A DNA stretch of 64,000 nt. It comes from an uncultured Terracidiphilus sp. (GTDB lineage Bacteria > Acidobacteriota > Terriglobia > Terriglobales > Acidobacteriaceae). Made by a program: the position numbers and the translations under genes. Below the pieces are notes generated by a model, which was not told where the DNA came from, ran no database searches, and saw only the letters and a list, made by a program, of their open reading frames with translations. The stretch spans positions 5,895 through 69,894 of the forward strand of contig CAYPYJ010000003.1 in assembly GCA_964414945.1 (NCBI GenBank), written 5' to 3'. This document shows, piece by piece, positions 1 through 9,008 of this stretch (the stretch's first letter is position 1; every line of letters starts with the position of its first letter).

Positions 1-144
1 GGCTGACGTGGTCTGATCCAGAACTGTACCGGCGATTGAGCCTTGTGTGGAAGTTTGCGCTACCAGGGAAACAGATCCAGAAAACAAGGCAAAAGCAAAG
101 AGCGCCAGGACGAAAAATCCCTGGCGAATTCTATTCATGTTCAT
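1..144 (-). CDS. TonB-dependent receptor, N-terminal fragment (gene runs off the window start)
   Basis: Not in the ORF track because it is under 60 aa. My minus-strand translation from the ATG at 144 reads MNMNRIRQGFFVLALFAFALFSGSVSLVAQTSTQGSIAGTVLDQTTSA. This is a signal peptide followed by the GxIxGxVxD opening of a carboxypeptidase-regulatory-like domain, as on the other receptors here. Confidence 0.5.
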   Translation of the reverse strand, partial: MNMNRIRQGFFVLALFAFALFSGSVSLVAQTSTQGSIAGTVLDQTTSA

Positions 145-610
145 GATGGCTCTCCAAAATACATCTGTTGTTGAAAATGCACTGGATGGATGCTCGGCAG
201 CGCCCCGTTGAAGTCTTACGTCACGGGTAGCGCGCCGAAGATAAAAAGCTTCCTCGCATTTTTGGTTCTGGCGGCGCTCGCAAGCGAGAAGCCGCTACTA
301 GGACGCTGAATACAAATATTTCTCAGAAGTAAAGGTACCAGTTCAAAATGAACGTACGATGAACTGCCGCGCCTTTCTAACCTCTAAGGCCGTCAGCGTA
401 ACAGCCTTCGTTTGCTTCCGTAATAACCTGCCTTCCGGGGAGGAACAATACTTGTTGAAAGCATGGTTGAATCATTCCGCGAAACAGGTGTGCAGCTCTC
501 GCGACAACAATACCTGCTAACCCAAGAAGAAAGAAGTATATGTAAAGGCTATCATGCAGGCAAGTGTGGAAAACAAGGCGTCAATGTGCGGAAGTGGGGC
601 AGCAAAGTCC

Positions 611-679
611 AAAACAAGCAAGGCTGCTGGGCTGCAGTGAATCCAAAGAAGATCCACCGCAGCCCAGCAGCCTTGCTTG
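611..679 (-). terminator. Long perfect hairpin plus T-run downstream of the TBDR gene; possible intrinsic terminator
   Basis: A perfect 21-bp inverted repeat: CAAGCAAGGCTGCTGGGCTGC (615-635) pairs with GCAGCCCAGCAGCCTTGCTTG (659-679), with a 23-nt loop. On the minus strand it lies about 30 nt after the stop at 709 and is followed by TTTT (611-614). The loop is long for a classical terminator. Confidence 0.45.
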
Positions 680-708
680 TACCGCATTCCGAAATCCTGG
701 CTTTATCC

Positions 709-3297
709 TCAGTGCTTAATTGCTTTGCTCCACTCAATGCGCAGGCCGGCCCGGGCGTTAAAGGGCAGACTGGGATAGCCGATGGGGGCGATGTGCCGGT
801 TGTTGGTCAGGTTTTGTTCGCGAACGTAGACACTCAACCAAGAAGTCAGCTTGAAGCTTGCGCCCGCATCCAGTTTGGCGTAACCCCAGTCGAGATTGCG
901 ATTTGGCAGAAGCAGCGAATTGCCTTGATTGATGTCCTCAAAGCCGAGAAAAGTCGAGTCGTCACTGCGGCTGGCGAAGGCCGACGTGAAGAATGCCGTA
1001 ATATTCTTTTGCGCATAACTGGCGGTGAAGAAGCCTGTATGCGGCGGACGGCGGAAGGGTCGAGCGCCAACCAGAGGAGAGACGGCTCCAATGGCGATGC
1101 AGTTGGGAGCGCCCAGAGTACAGCCGTATGGATAAGTGGGCGCTTTACCACCGAGCAGCGCTGCATTGTCGCTGGAGAATGATCGCTGCACCACCGAATC
1201 CAGATAGGTATAACCGCCACGGAAGAAGAGGTACTTGCCGATACCGCTCTCGAGAGTGACCTCTACGCCTTGTGCGCGGAATGTAAGCGAATTCAGATCG
1301 AGCGCGAAAGCGCCGCTGTTTTGGAGAATTGATTTCAGTTTGTTTTGATCCGTTGTACTCAGGTTGGGAAAGAGCGTGGGAACCAATCCCGGACCTACTC
1401 CTTCGATGGCGCGGCTGAATTCGTTATGGAAGTAGTCTGCGCGGAAGATGAGGCGTTTGGTCCAGAAGTCCTGTTCGCCACCGGCCTCCCAAGTGCGCGT
1501 GGCGGGCCCCTGAATGGGAGTGAGATTTAAAAGCTGAATCATTGCCTGGCCGCCGTTATCCTCCAGTACGTTATATAGAGAGCCGAGCTCATCAGTCAGC
1601 TTGGGTTCTCGCACGCCTTTCGAAAAGCTGCCGCTGATGCGCGTTCCGCTGAAGACGCGCATGCGTGGACGCAGCACATAGTAGCTCAAGCTGATGTGCG
1701 GCAAAAAATCGGCACCAATCTTTTGCAGATGAACCTCGTCTCCGCCCACCGTATAAAACAGCCGCCTGTTCATGAAATCGCCGTGCGCGCCAAAGTGAAA
1801 GTCATAGTTGTCGCGGTTGACCGACTCGTCAATGGAGTAGACAGGCTCGCGTTCGGCGGCGCGTTCGGCGTCGTAGTGGAATCCGCCCAGTAGCATCAGA
1901 TGCGGCGTCAGACGGTAATCTCCCTGGTAGAGAAACAGGTCGCGATTGTTGATCAGGTCGAGCCGGCTGGGATAAACACTGCCGTTTGCCACGCTGTAAT
2001 TCATTAGTGCGGGCCCGGTGGCGCTGTAGCCATTGGCGCCCTGAATGGTGACCGGGAGGCCGTAGTAGTTTCCACCGGTGAAGCTGTCGGCAGCGCCATC
2101 GCATCCAACGCCGAAAGCCGGAATGCAGGCTCCAGCCGGATACCATTGCTGAGATTGCTCGCGCTTGCGGGTCATCCCGTACTGAAACCGATTGTGAAAA
2201 TCGGCCGTCGTCTGATTCTCCACCGAAGCGCCCAGATATAAATTCTGATCGCCTTCCTTTCGGTCATCAGCAATTTGATAAAAGTCCCATGTGTTAGGAA
2301 CGCCGGTGGCAGAGACACCGTAGTGCAGCGTGGTGCGAATCTGCGTGTTTCCGCTGGGCTGCCAGCCCAGGTTGGCAGAGGTCGTGGCAAGATGGTACTC
2401 GTCCATCGGCAAATCGTTGGCCGTCTGCAGCCAACTGAATGCGCCCAGGTAATCCAGCTTGTTGTGTGAGCCGGCCACCTCCAGCTCTTCGCGCGAAGTG
2501 GAAAGGTTTCCGGCCTCACCCTGAAAGAGAATCGAGGGGTAGCTTGTGGTTCCGCGTTGCGTAATGAGGCTTACTACGCCGCTATCCGCGCCAGCGCCAT
2601 AGATGCTGGAGTCAGGGCCGCGATAGACTTCAGCGCGCTCTACTGACGTAGTAGACAGAGTCCCAAAATCGAATTGATTGCCCATATCGCTAACGCTGAC
2701 GCCGTCAAGAATAATCTTGTTAGCGTTCGAGTCGCCGCCGCGAATAAAAAGCGAGCTTAGCGCGCCAAGCTGACCGCTCTGCACAACGACTGTTCCCGGC
2801 ATCAGACGCAGACTGCTTACCAGATCGTCGCGCAGGACGAGATCAAGCGGGCCGAGCACGCTGGTGGCTTCGCTGGTCTGCGGTTGCGGTGTGGGGGTTC
2901 CGGTGGCCGTCACTACGATGGACTCGCGCACCCACTCTGGTTCGAGCACGATGTTGCGCTCAATAGAGTCCATCCGACCGGCGTAAAAACTGGGCGTCTC
3001 CAATTGGCGAAAGCTTTTGGCGGAGACCACGAGAAAGAAGCGGCCCTGGATGCCAGTCGTTATCTGATAGCTTCCGTCTACCACAGAAACCGCGGCGCCA
3101 ACCGGTTTGCCGCCGCTGAGCAAAACCACATTGGCGCCAACGACCTTGGCGCCCGTGGCATCTGTGACCATGCCGCGGATGGATGCGGCAGAACAGTGAG
3201 CAGTAGAGAAGACGAGCAGTAGCAACCCGGCGCAAGGCAGCGCGCGAGCAGATTGGGCGAGTAATTGACGCAAGGAAAAATGCGAGAGATCAGGCAT
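709..3297 (-). CDS. TonB-dependent receptor with N-terminal carboxypeptidase-regulatory-like domain
   Basis: The ORF track gives 709..3384; I prefer the ATG at 3297 (MPDLSHFSLRQLL...HCSAASIRG, signal-like). CarboxypepD_reg-like segment: IRGMVTDATGAKVVGANVVLL...GSYQI. Plug motifs: LMPGTVVVQSG, SLFIRGG, ILDGVSVSD, RAEVYRGPDSSIYGAGADSGVVSL. A long beta-barrel-like C-terminal part follows. Confidence 0.85.
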   Translation of the reverse strand: MPDLSHFSLRQLLAQSARALPCAGLLLLVFSTAHCSAASIRGMVTDATGAKVVGANVVLLSGGKPVGAAVSVVDGSYQITTGIQGRFFLVVSAKSFRQLETPSFYAGRMDSIERNIVLEPEWVRESIVVTATGTPTPQPQTSEATSVLGPLDLVLRDDLVSSLRLMPGTVVVQSGQLGALSSLFIRGGDSNANKIILDGVSVSDMGNQFDFGTLSTTSVERAEVYRGPDSSIYGAGADSGVVSLITQRGTTSYPSILFQGEAGNLSTSREELEVAGSHNKLDYLGAFSWLQTANDLPMDEYHLATTSANLGWQPSGNTQIRTTLHYGVSATGVPNTWDFYQIADDRKEGDQNLYLGASVENQTTADFHNRFQYGMTRKREQSQQWYPAGACIPAFGVGCDGAADSFTGGNYYGLPVTIQGANGYSATGPALMNYSVANGSVYPSRLDLINNRDLFLYQGDYRLTPHLMLLGGFHYDAERAAEREPVYSIDESVNRDNYDFHFGAHGDFMNRRLFYTVGGDEVHLQKIGADFLPHISLSYYVLRPRMRVFSGTRISGSFSKGVREPKLTDELGSLYNVLEDNGGQAMIQLLNLTPIQGPATRTWEAGGEQDFWTKRLIFRADYFHNEFSRAIEGVGPGLVPTLFPNLSTTDQNKLKSILQNSGAFALDLNSLTFRAQGVEVTLESGIGKYLFFRGGYTYLDSVVQRSFSSDNAALLGGKAPTYPYGCTLGAPNCIAIGAVSPLVGARPFRRPPHTGFFTASYAQKNITAFFTSAFASRSDDSTFLGFEDINQGNSLLLPNRNLDWGYAKLDAGASFKLTSWLSVYVREQNLTNNRHIAPIGYPSLPFNARAGLRIEWSKAIKH

Positions 3298-3702
3298 GAA
3301 GGCTCCTTCGTTCCCCTCGGAACGCAAGCGGGTTAGGGGCGCAAGGACCGGTCTCCTGACTTGCGCTACCAGCCACCTTCCCACAGACGCAGATCCGTCA
3401 TGCAGTGGTTCACAAGGGCTTTCCGCAACGGGCGGAAAGACCCAGGCTGGATTCCTGCCTTGACCGATGATAAGGCCGCAAAGCAGGAGCGCTTACAGTT
3501 GCGGGGCAGTGGCGGAGTTTCACCGCCTTCCCGAGCATCCAAGCGATTGCCGTGGTGAGTTGGCTGCGCCATAGGGAGCAGCTTCTATGGCGTGGAACAG
3601 ACTTCCATGTCATCAACATTTATAAACGGACTGGAAGGTGATGTCAAAGGCGGTGGGGAGCTCGGGAGAACGGGTAGCAGAGTAAGGCGCAGGAGCAGAA
3701 TG

Positions 3703-3779
3703 TGGTGACCCCGGGAAGACTCGAACTTCCGACACGCAGTTTAGGAAACTGCTGCTCTATCCACCTGAGCTACGGGGCC
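3703..3779 (-). tRNA. tRNA-Arg (anticodon CCT)
   Basis: The minus-strand read is GGCCCCGTAGCTCAGGTGGATAGAGCAGCAGTTTCCTAAACTGCGTGTCGGAAGTTCGAGTCTTCCCGGGGTCACCA. It has a 7-bp acceptor stem (one G-U) and a D arm GCTC/GAGC. The anticodon stem is GCAGT/ACTGC with loop TTCCTAA, giving anticodon CCT. The T arm is GGAAG/CTTCC with loop TTCGAGT, and the CCA end is encoded. Confidence 0.9.
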
Positions 3780-4117
3780 ATTTGATAATAAACAACTTAT
3801 GCAACGAATGATATCAATTTCGTTGCTATTCCTCACCGAGATTTAATTGTAATGTTTCAGCCATAGAAAGATGAAGCGGGCGGAAGTTGAGGGAAGCACG
3901 GTATCTACAGGGTAGCATCAAACGAGTCGAGAGGGAGAAAGGGTAGGCTTTGGAAGTTCGCTACAGTGAGCATGTGAATGGGAAGCTGCAACAGCGGTTG
4001 TAAACCGGCTCCTGGCGACTGAGTAGGCACTTATTCACATATTCTCAGATCTGTTAACGGTTGAATGCAGTGGGTAGTTTAGAACCGCAAAAAATCATGT
4101 GATATGGAGACGCAGAT

Positions 4118-5392
4118 TCACATCATCCAATTTGCGATGAGTTCGCGGATTTTCTCAATTGTCATCGGTTCGGATTCCTCGAACAAGCCGAGCTCCGCCG
4201 GAGCAATGGCATAAATCGCTGGTACAGAGTCGGCAACGCAGAGGCATACCGCATTTTTGTATTCGTCGTAGCGTGACGCCGACAACCATATATAGCGAGC
4301 CAGTATCCGAGCGTCAACGGAGCTTCCTTCGGGATCGGGAGTATCCGGCAGAGGGCTGGAATGTTCCTGGTCTTCGAGGATTGTAATGCTCGTGAATGGC
4401 TTAGGCTTGTTCCGCAATCCAAAGCAAGCCACCAGTACCCTTGGACGCGCGCGTCGGAAGGACTCGCTGGCTGCCCATTGGACAAATGCATTTCCAAAAA
4501 CGACCGAGCCGTTGCCGCTCAGGAAAAGCTCTTTAATAAATTCGCGGGTGGCAATCTGATTTTTGATCGGCTTTGGACACAGTTCCGACACGTCTGTTTG
4601 GCGCAGTGCTGCAATCACCTTGTCCGCATCGGCAAGGTCTTTCTGAACCCAATTCAGACGATCTCGAAAGAGCTCTCGAAAAGGCTCTAATTCTGTATAA
4701 CTCAGATAAGTTGTCGAATTAGCGGCGCCTTTTGGATATTCAGACGGATGCATGGAATTTACCAGCGTCGAATCAGCGTCGAGTACCCATAAGTCCTCCG
4801 CGGTGTGCCCCGAAGTGCTTGCGGCAATGTTCAAAAGACTTCTTTCGCCTTTGCCAAGCAGAATTTCAGAGCATGATGTGTTGGTGAAATCGGCGGCTGC
4901 GAGATTCAGTTGGCGGCCTTCCGGTGACCAATCATTCCAGACGGTATCTTTCTTGACCGGTAAAGATCGAGGAAAAACGATCACAATAAGCCGGCGGCGG
5001 TTCAGGTCGGCAATCTGATCGGACGATAAATGAGTCTGTTTAGAGGCTTCGTCAAAAACGCCTTGGACGGCCTGTCTCCATTCTTGATAGTAGGGAGAAT
5101 GAGCAAGCAGTGAAGTATTCTCCAATGTCTCGCCCTGCTGTGAGAATGTCCATCGCTCTACGTTCATTTTTTTCTCAACTGTCCGGACGGGCTTAAAAAG
5201 CAATTCAAAGTCGTTGGGAGTGAGGTTTTCCAGAAATGATAGGAATGCTTCTATGGACTTTTTCTCAAACTCAAACAGTCCGACCATGCCGGCCAGTTTT
5301 TCATTGATGAATGGGCGAAAGGTAACCGGCAGCCGCTCTATCAATTTCGAGTATCGCGTCCCGCTTTTTAATGTCTGCATACCAGGCTCCAC
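4118..5392 (-). CDS. Hypothetical cytoplasmic protein (no family recognised)
   Basis: A 424-aa ORF with no competing frame and no signal peptide. It sits 51 nt downstream of the preceding minus-strand gene. GC is lower than in neighbours (about 43-52% in two hand-counted 60-nt samples). I recognise no motif. Confidence 0.6.
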   Translation of the reverse strand: MEPGMQTLKSGTRYSKLIERLPVTFRPFINEKLAGMVGLFEFEKKSIEAFLSFLENLTPNDFELLFKPVRTVEKKMNVERWTFSQQGETLENTSLLAHSPYYQEWRQAVQGVFDEASKQTHLSSDQIADLNRRRLIVIVFPRSLPVKKDTVWNDWSPEGRQLNLAAADFTNTSCSEILLGKGERSLLNIAASTSGHTAEDLWVLDADSTLVNSMHPSEYPKGAANSTTYLSYTELEPFRELFRDRLNWVQKDLADADKVIAALRQTDVSELCPKPIKNQIATREFIKELFLSGNGSVVFGNAFVQWAASESFRRARPRVLVACFGLRNKPKPFTSITILEDQEHSSPLPDTPDPEGSSVDARILARYIWLSASRYDEYKNAVCLCVADSVPAIYAIAPAELGLFEESEPMTIEKIRELIANWMM

Positions 5393-5443
5393 GTTCGATC
5401 GATCGCGATGAAATTCGTGTTCATAATCTCGAACGACTTCACT

Positions 5444-6616
5444 CTAAAGATCAAGTCCTGTCAATTTTGTTCCCTGGACATTCAGCGGTGAACCGCCGAG
5501 AAGCGCGGAAATCGTCGGGCAAATATCAATGTGATGCACGAGTGTCTTTTCCACGTGGGGATTTTTCGCAGCATTGCCCAAGCACATCATCCAGGTATTC
5601 CGGCAGGACTCACTCTCCGAGCGATGATTGAAGAAACCATTGGTGGAAGATCCATCGAAATCGCGGCCGAATTCCGGCAGGATCAGTAGCGTGGTGCGCC
5701 CACGGTAGGCTTCATTCGTCTGAATCTCTTCCCAGAGCTGGCCTGCGAGACGATCAAAGTTGCGGATACCGCCAACGTGCAAAGAATAGGACCCAAAGTG
5801 AGCCGCCTCCACGTCAGAGAAACCAACGACCAGCAAACGCGGAGCAAATTTGCGCATAATCTCGACGCTCATCCAATACGTGAATTCATCTCCAGTAACC
5901 GGACCGCTGTCGTGAACAAACGCTGAAACCGCCTGTTGAATTGTTGACCGCGCCTTGGGAGCCAATTCGGAGGTTCCATCAAAAACATTCCAGCCCAGGC
6001 CTTCATAATTGCCACCCTGCAAAATATTGTTGATTTCATCCTGAGCTTTGGTACGGTCGGACAAATTGCTCTTTCGTCCTGCTTGAATTGCATTTTCCAC
6101 GGCGTTGATCAACAGCTGCTTCGGGAAAATGACATTTGCGCCAAACCCGCTGCCATAGTTCTGCGCCGAACTAGCTCCAATGAGTTGAGTCAGCGCCTTG
6201 TTGCTTGAAACCATCCATGTATCGCTGGCAGCAAAACCAGCATCCTTACGCAGGAATTCAAAAATTGTTGGCGTAGTTGGACGCAAGTTACCCCACGCGT
6301 CAACCCGCTGCCAATTGCCTGTCAATATGCTAGCCGTCGAATTGAAGTGAGAGGTGATTCCCTCATTCCGGATCTCTGGATAATAGACGGACTGCGACAA
6401 GAGCTTCCCTGACAAATTTGGAATATTGGCAACTCCCTCGGTGGAGAAAGTTTCTTGCCTTCGCACTCCTCCGGAGAGTAGCAAAACAACTTTGTTGCCA
6501 GAGGTTGCGGACGCTGGTTCCGCGAAAACTCGGGAGTGTTGCGCCACGAGGGAACCCGCGGCTAGCATTGTTGCGGCTTTCAAGAAGTTGCGTTTTGATA
6601 TATCCGTAGTTGGCAT
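5444..6616 (-). CDS. Exported alkaline-phosphatase-superfamily / DUF1501-like protein (divergent)
   Basis: The ORF track gives 5444..6646 (TTG start); I prefer the ATG at 6616, which is preceded by GAGGTG. Tat-like signal: MPTTDISKRNFLKAATMLAAGSLVAQHSRVFA. The order of motifs resembles DUF1501/sulfatase-like cores: VVLLLSGGVRRQE, SHFNSTASILTG, DVEAAHFG, LPEFGRDFDGSSTNGFFNHR, HHIDICPTISALLG. The canonical metal-ligand residues appear altered. Confidence 0.45.
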   Translation of the reverse strand: MPTTDISKRNFLKAATMLAAGSLVAQHSRVFAEPASATSGNKVVLLLSGGVRRQETFSTEGVANIPNLSGKLLSQSVYYPEIRNEGITSHFNSTASILTGNWQRVDAWGNLRPTTPTIFEFLRKDAGFAASDTWMVSSNKALTQLIGASSAQNYGSGFGANVIFPKQLLINAVENAIQAGRKSNLSDRTKAQDEINNILQGGNYEGLGWNVFDGTSELAPKARSTIQQAVSAFVHDSGPVTGDEFTYWMSVEIMRKFAPRLLVVGFSDVEAAHFGSYSLHVGGIRNFDRLAGQLWEEIQTNEAYRGRTTLLILPEFGRDFDGSSTNGFFNHRSESESCRNTWMMCLGNAAKNPHVEKTLVHHIDICPTISALLGGSPLNVQGTKLTGLDL

Positions 6617-6698
6617 GAAAACCACCTCACGCGTTGTGTGTCTCAATTATTCAACAATTTCTTCTTGGTTGCACTATGAGGTCGAGTACCGTACGAGT

Positions 6699-8573
6699 TC
6701 ACTCCGGTCTCGCATCTATATAGGTTGGATGATCGTCCGGTTTGATCGATTTTTCTGGTCCTCCATTTAAATCGAAAATGGTGACGCTGTTGCTGCCAGA
6801 ATGCAGCCACGCACCAGGAAGAAACAAGCTACCCATTGGGCCCACGTTCCAAAATCTGCCCAGCAAATGCCCATTCACCCAAACCACGCCTTTGCCAAGG
6901 CGACTGGTGTCAAGAAAAGTGTCTCCCGGAGTGCGGACTTGCAGATCGTCGCGATAGAAGCACGGACCAGTGCATGACTGGACAGAATATCCGCCCAAAG
7001 GCGGTTCCGAAAGCGGGAGTGAAAATATTTCCCAGCCATGCTGCTGATGGCCATCCAGTAAAACTTCGCCGAGGATGCCGGCGCGCTCGCCGCGTATCTT
7101 TGCCGTGAAGTTGATTCGGCCAGAGTTTTCAACTAGAAGCTCGAGGCGCTGGCCAGAATGAAGCGGCAATCGCAACTGCGTCTTTCCCAGTCGCCGGTCC
7201 ATAGTACCAGCCAAATTCCCGTCCACATAGACACGAGCGTAGCTATGCAGGCCGTCCACATTAAGCAGCGTTTCCGCCGGCAGCTCACCAGAAACTTGCG
7301 TGCGATAGAGAATGTATCCGTATGCCTGACCGACCTCTTCCATTGAAAGTGGTTTCTCGGAGCGGATAGGCGTGGGCAAACTTGTCCACAGAGATAGGCT
7401 CTCCATCAGCTTCAACGCCGGAAGCGCCATCATCGGTGCGGACTCCTGTACGGCCTGAGCAGTCTGGTGCGTCGTCTCCTGAATCATCTTTCGCAGCGCA
7501 AAGTATTTCGGCCGCAGCCTCCCGGACTCGTCGATCGACGCGTCATAATCGTAGCTGCTCACATCCGGTTGATACCCGTCATGGTCAGAGTTCGCGCCAT
7601 TCATCCAGCCAAACGTCGTTCCACCATGGATCATATAGAGGCTGATCGAGTATCCCTTTTCGATCGCCATGCGAATTTCTGCAACCTGTCTTTCCGCGTC
7701 GGTGACCTGATGTTTTTCTCCCCAGTGATCGAACCATCCATCCCAGTACTCCGCAATATATACAGGCGCACCGGGACGAAACCGCTGTAGCAGATTGATG
7801 GACCGGGCGGCGTCTCCGGTGCCAAAGTCTACCGCAGCGAATACGCCGGGGAGAGTTCCCTTTGCCAGAACATCTGCTCCATCCGCGGTATAGAGCAACG
7901 ACCCGGTGAATCCGGCATCGAGCACGATCTGATGAATCTTCCGCAGATACTGGCCCCCGTCGTCAGGGACGTTAAACGATCCGTACTCATTTTCGACCTG
8001 CACCGCAATGATTGGCCCGCCGTTGCTTGCTTGAAGCGGCGCCAGTTCCTTGCCCAACCTAACCATCCACCTGCGCACAGGATCGACAAAATTCGGCTGC
8101 GAACTTCGTAACTGCATCTCGGGATCCTTGAGCAACCACGCTGGAAATCCTCCAAGGTCCCACTCGCCACATACATAAGGACCAGGCCGTAAAACCACAT
8201 AGAGTCCTTCGGTTGCCGCCTCTCGAATGAATTCCGCAACATCGTTCTGTCCACTGAAGTCGTAGGTGCCGGGACTCGGCTCATGCAAATTCCAGAACAC
8301 GTACACGGTAATCGTGTTCAAACCCATTGCATGAACTTTGCGCAGCCGGTCACGCCAATCTGCCCTTGGGATTCTCGCGTATTCGAGTTCGCCTGAAATA
8401 ATCTGGAATGGCTTGCCCCGGAGCAGGAATCCACCTCCGTCTACTTGCAACGGAGCTACCTGGTGGCGCATAACCTGTGACTCGGCGAGGAAGCCGGCCC
8501 AGCCGAACAATGCCGTTACTGCAAATTGGAAGATCCGAATCCTGCAACTGGCATCATTTCGCATCCAGCTCAT
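6699..8573 (-). CDS. GH35 beta-galactosidase
   Basis: Motifs GKPFQIISGELEYARIPRADWRDRLRKVHAMGLNTITVYVFWNLHEP and IIAVQVENEYGSF (the GH35 acid/base region). An N-terminal signal-like segment is present. Confidence 0.85.
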   Translation of the reverse strand: MSWMRNDASCRIRIFQFAVTALFGWAGFLAESQVMRHQVAPLQVDGGGFLLRGKPFQIISGELEYARIPRADWRDRLRKVHAMGLNTITVYVFWNLHEPSPGTYDFSGQNDVAEFIREAATEGLYVVLRPGPYVCGEWDLGGFPAWLLKDPEMQLRSSQPNFVDPVRRWMVRLGKELAPLQASNGGPIIAVQVENEYGSFNVPDDGGQYLRKIHQIVLDAGFTGSLLYTADGADVLAKGTLPGVFAAVDFGTGDAARSINLLQRFRPGAPVYIAEYWDGWFDHWGEKHQVTDAERQVAEIRMAIEKGYSISLYMIHGGTTFGWMNGANSDHDGYQPDVSSYDYDASIDESGRLRPKYFALRKMIQETTHQTAQAVQESAPMMALPALKLMESLSLWTSLPTPIRSEKPLSMEEVGQAYGYILYRTQVSGELPAETLLNVDGLHSYARVYVDGNLAGTMDRRLGKTQLRLPLHSGQRLELLVENSGRINFTAKIRGERAGILGEVLLDGHQQHGWEIFSLPLSEPPLGGYSVQSCTGPCFYRDDLQVRTPGDTFLDTSRLGKGVVWVNGHLLGRFWNVGPMGSLFLPGAWLHSGSNSVTIFDLNGGPEKSIKPDDHPTYIDARPE

Positions 8574-8850
8574 TATGTTTCGCTCCTATGCTCATGCCAG
8601 TCGTAAGCAGTCAGTTCTCATCGACAAGAGCCTACCTATAGGGTGGGCTTGTCACAGGAGGCGTACGCCTCGTTATACGCAAAAAATCTCTCAAACCGCC
8701 CAAAGATCGAGCCATTTATCGAAAGAATCGCTCATATCATGTTCATTCTCAACGACAAATAGACATTCTTTGCCTGACGAAATCACTGTAGCACATCCAC
8801 GTGGTTTTTGCACTATTTTTCCTAATACAGCCATCATTATGATTTATTTA

Positions 8851-8868
8851 TTGACAGATGATCACTTT
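8851..8868 (+). promoter_or_regulatory. Candidate -35 hexamer abutting a copy of the locus-wide ATGATC palindromic motif
   Basis: TTGACA (8851-8856) is followed directly by AGATGATCACTT (8856-8867), a 10/12 match to AAATGATCATTT. It lies in the GH35 / TBDR divergent intergenic region. Confidence 0.35.
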
Positions 8869-9008
8869 GGTGCAAGCATTTGTCTGTCCGCAACTTAATT
8901 TTCTAAGTTGCTCCGAAATAAGCGGAGGGACATCCGAGTACCAAAGAAAGACAACAGAATTGGAGAGGAAGCGACGTTATGGCGAATAAAACTCATGGAT
9001 GCCACACG

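Noticed and set aside
3801-3826. The hairpin GCAACGAA-tgatatcaat-TTCGTTGC between the tRNA and the 424-aa gene, considered as a terminator or operator.
   Set aside because: The stem is only 8 bp and no T-tract follows on either strand. It is a single occurrence. I cannot distinguish function from chance in AT-rich DNA.
3703-6646. A genomic island integrated at tRNA-Arg, suggested by lower-GC genes adjacent to the tRNA.
   Set aside because: No integrase gene is present and I found no direct repeat of the tRNA 3-prime end. The low-GC genes also lie on the 5-prime side of the tRNA, whereas integration normally targets the 3-prime side. The composition anomaly is kept as a separate, weaker finding.
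8338-8898. A 186-aa plus-strand ORF covering the GH35/TBDR intergenic region.
   Set aside because: Half of it is antisense to the GH35 5-prime end. The remainder is AT-rich promoter DNA giving a Ser/Thr/His/Ile-rich translation with no motif, no ribosome-binding site and no signal sequence. It is more likely non-coding regulatory DNA.
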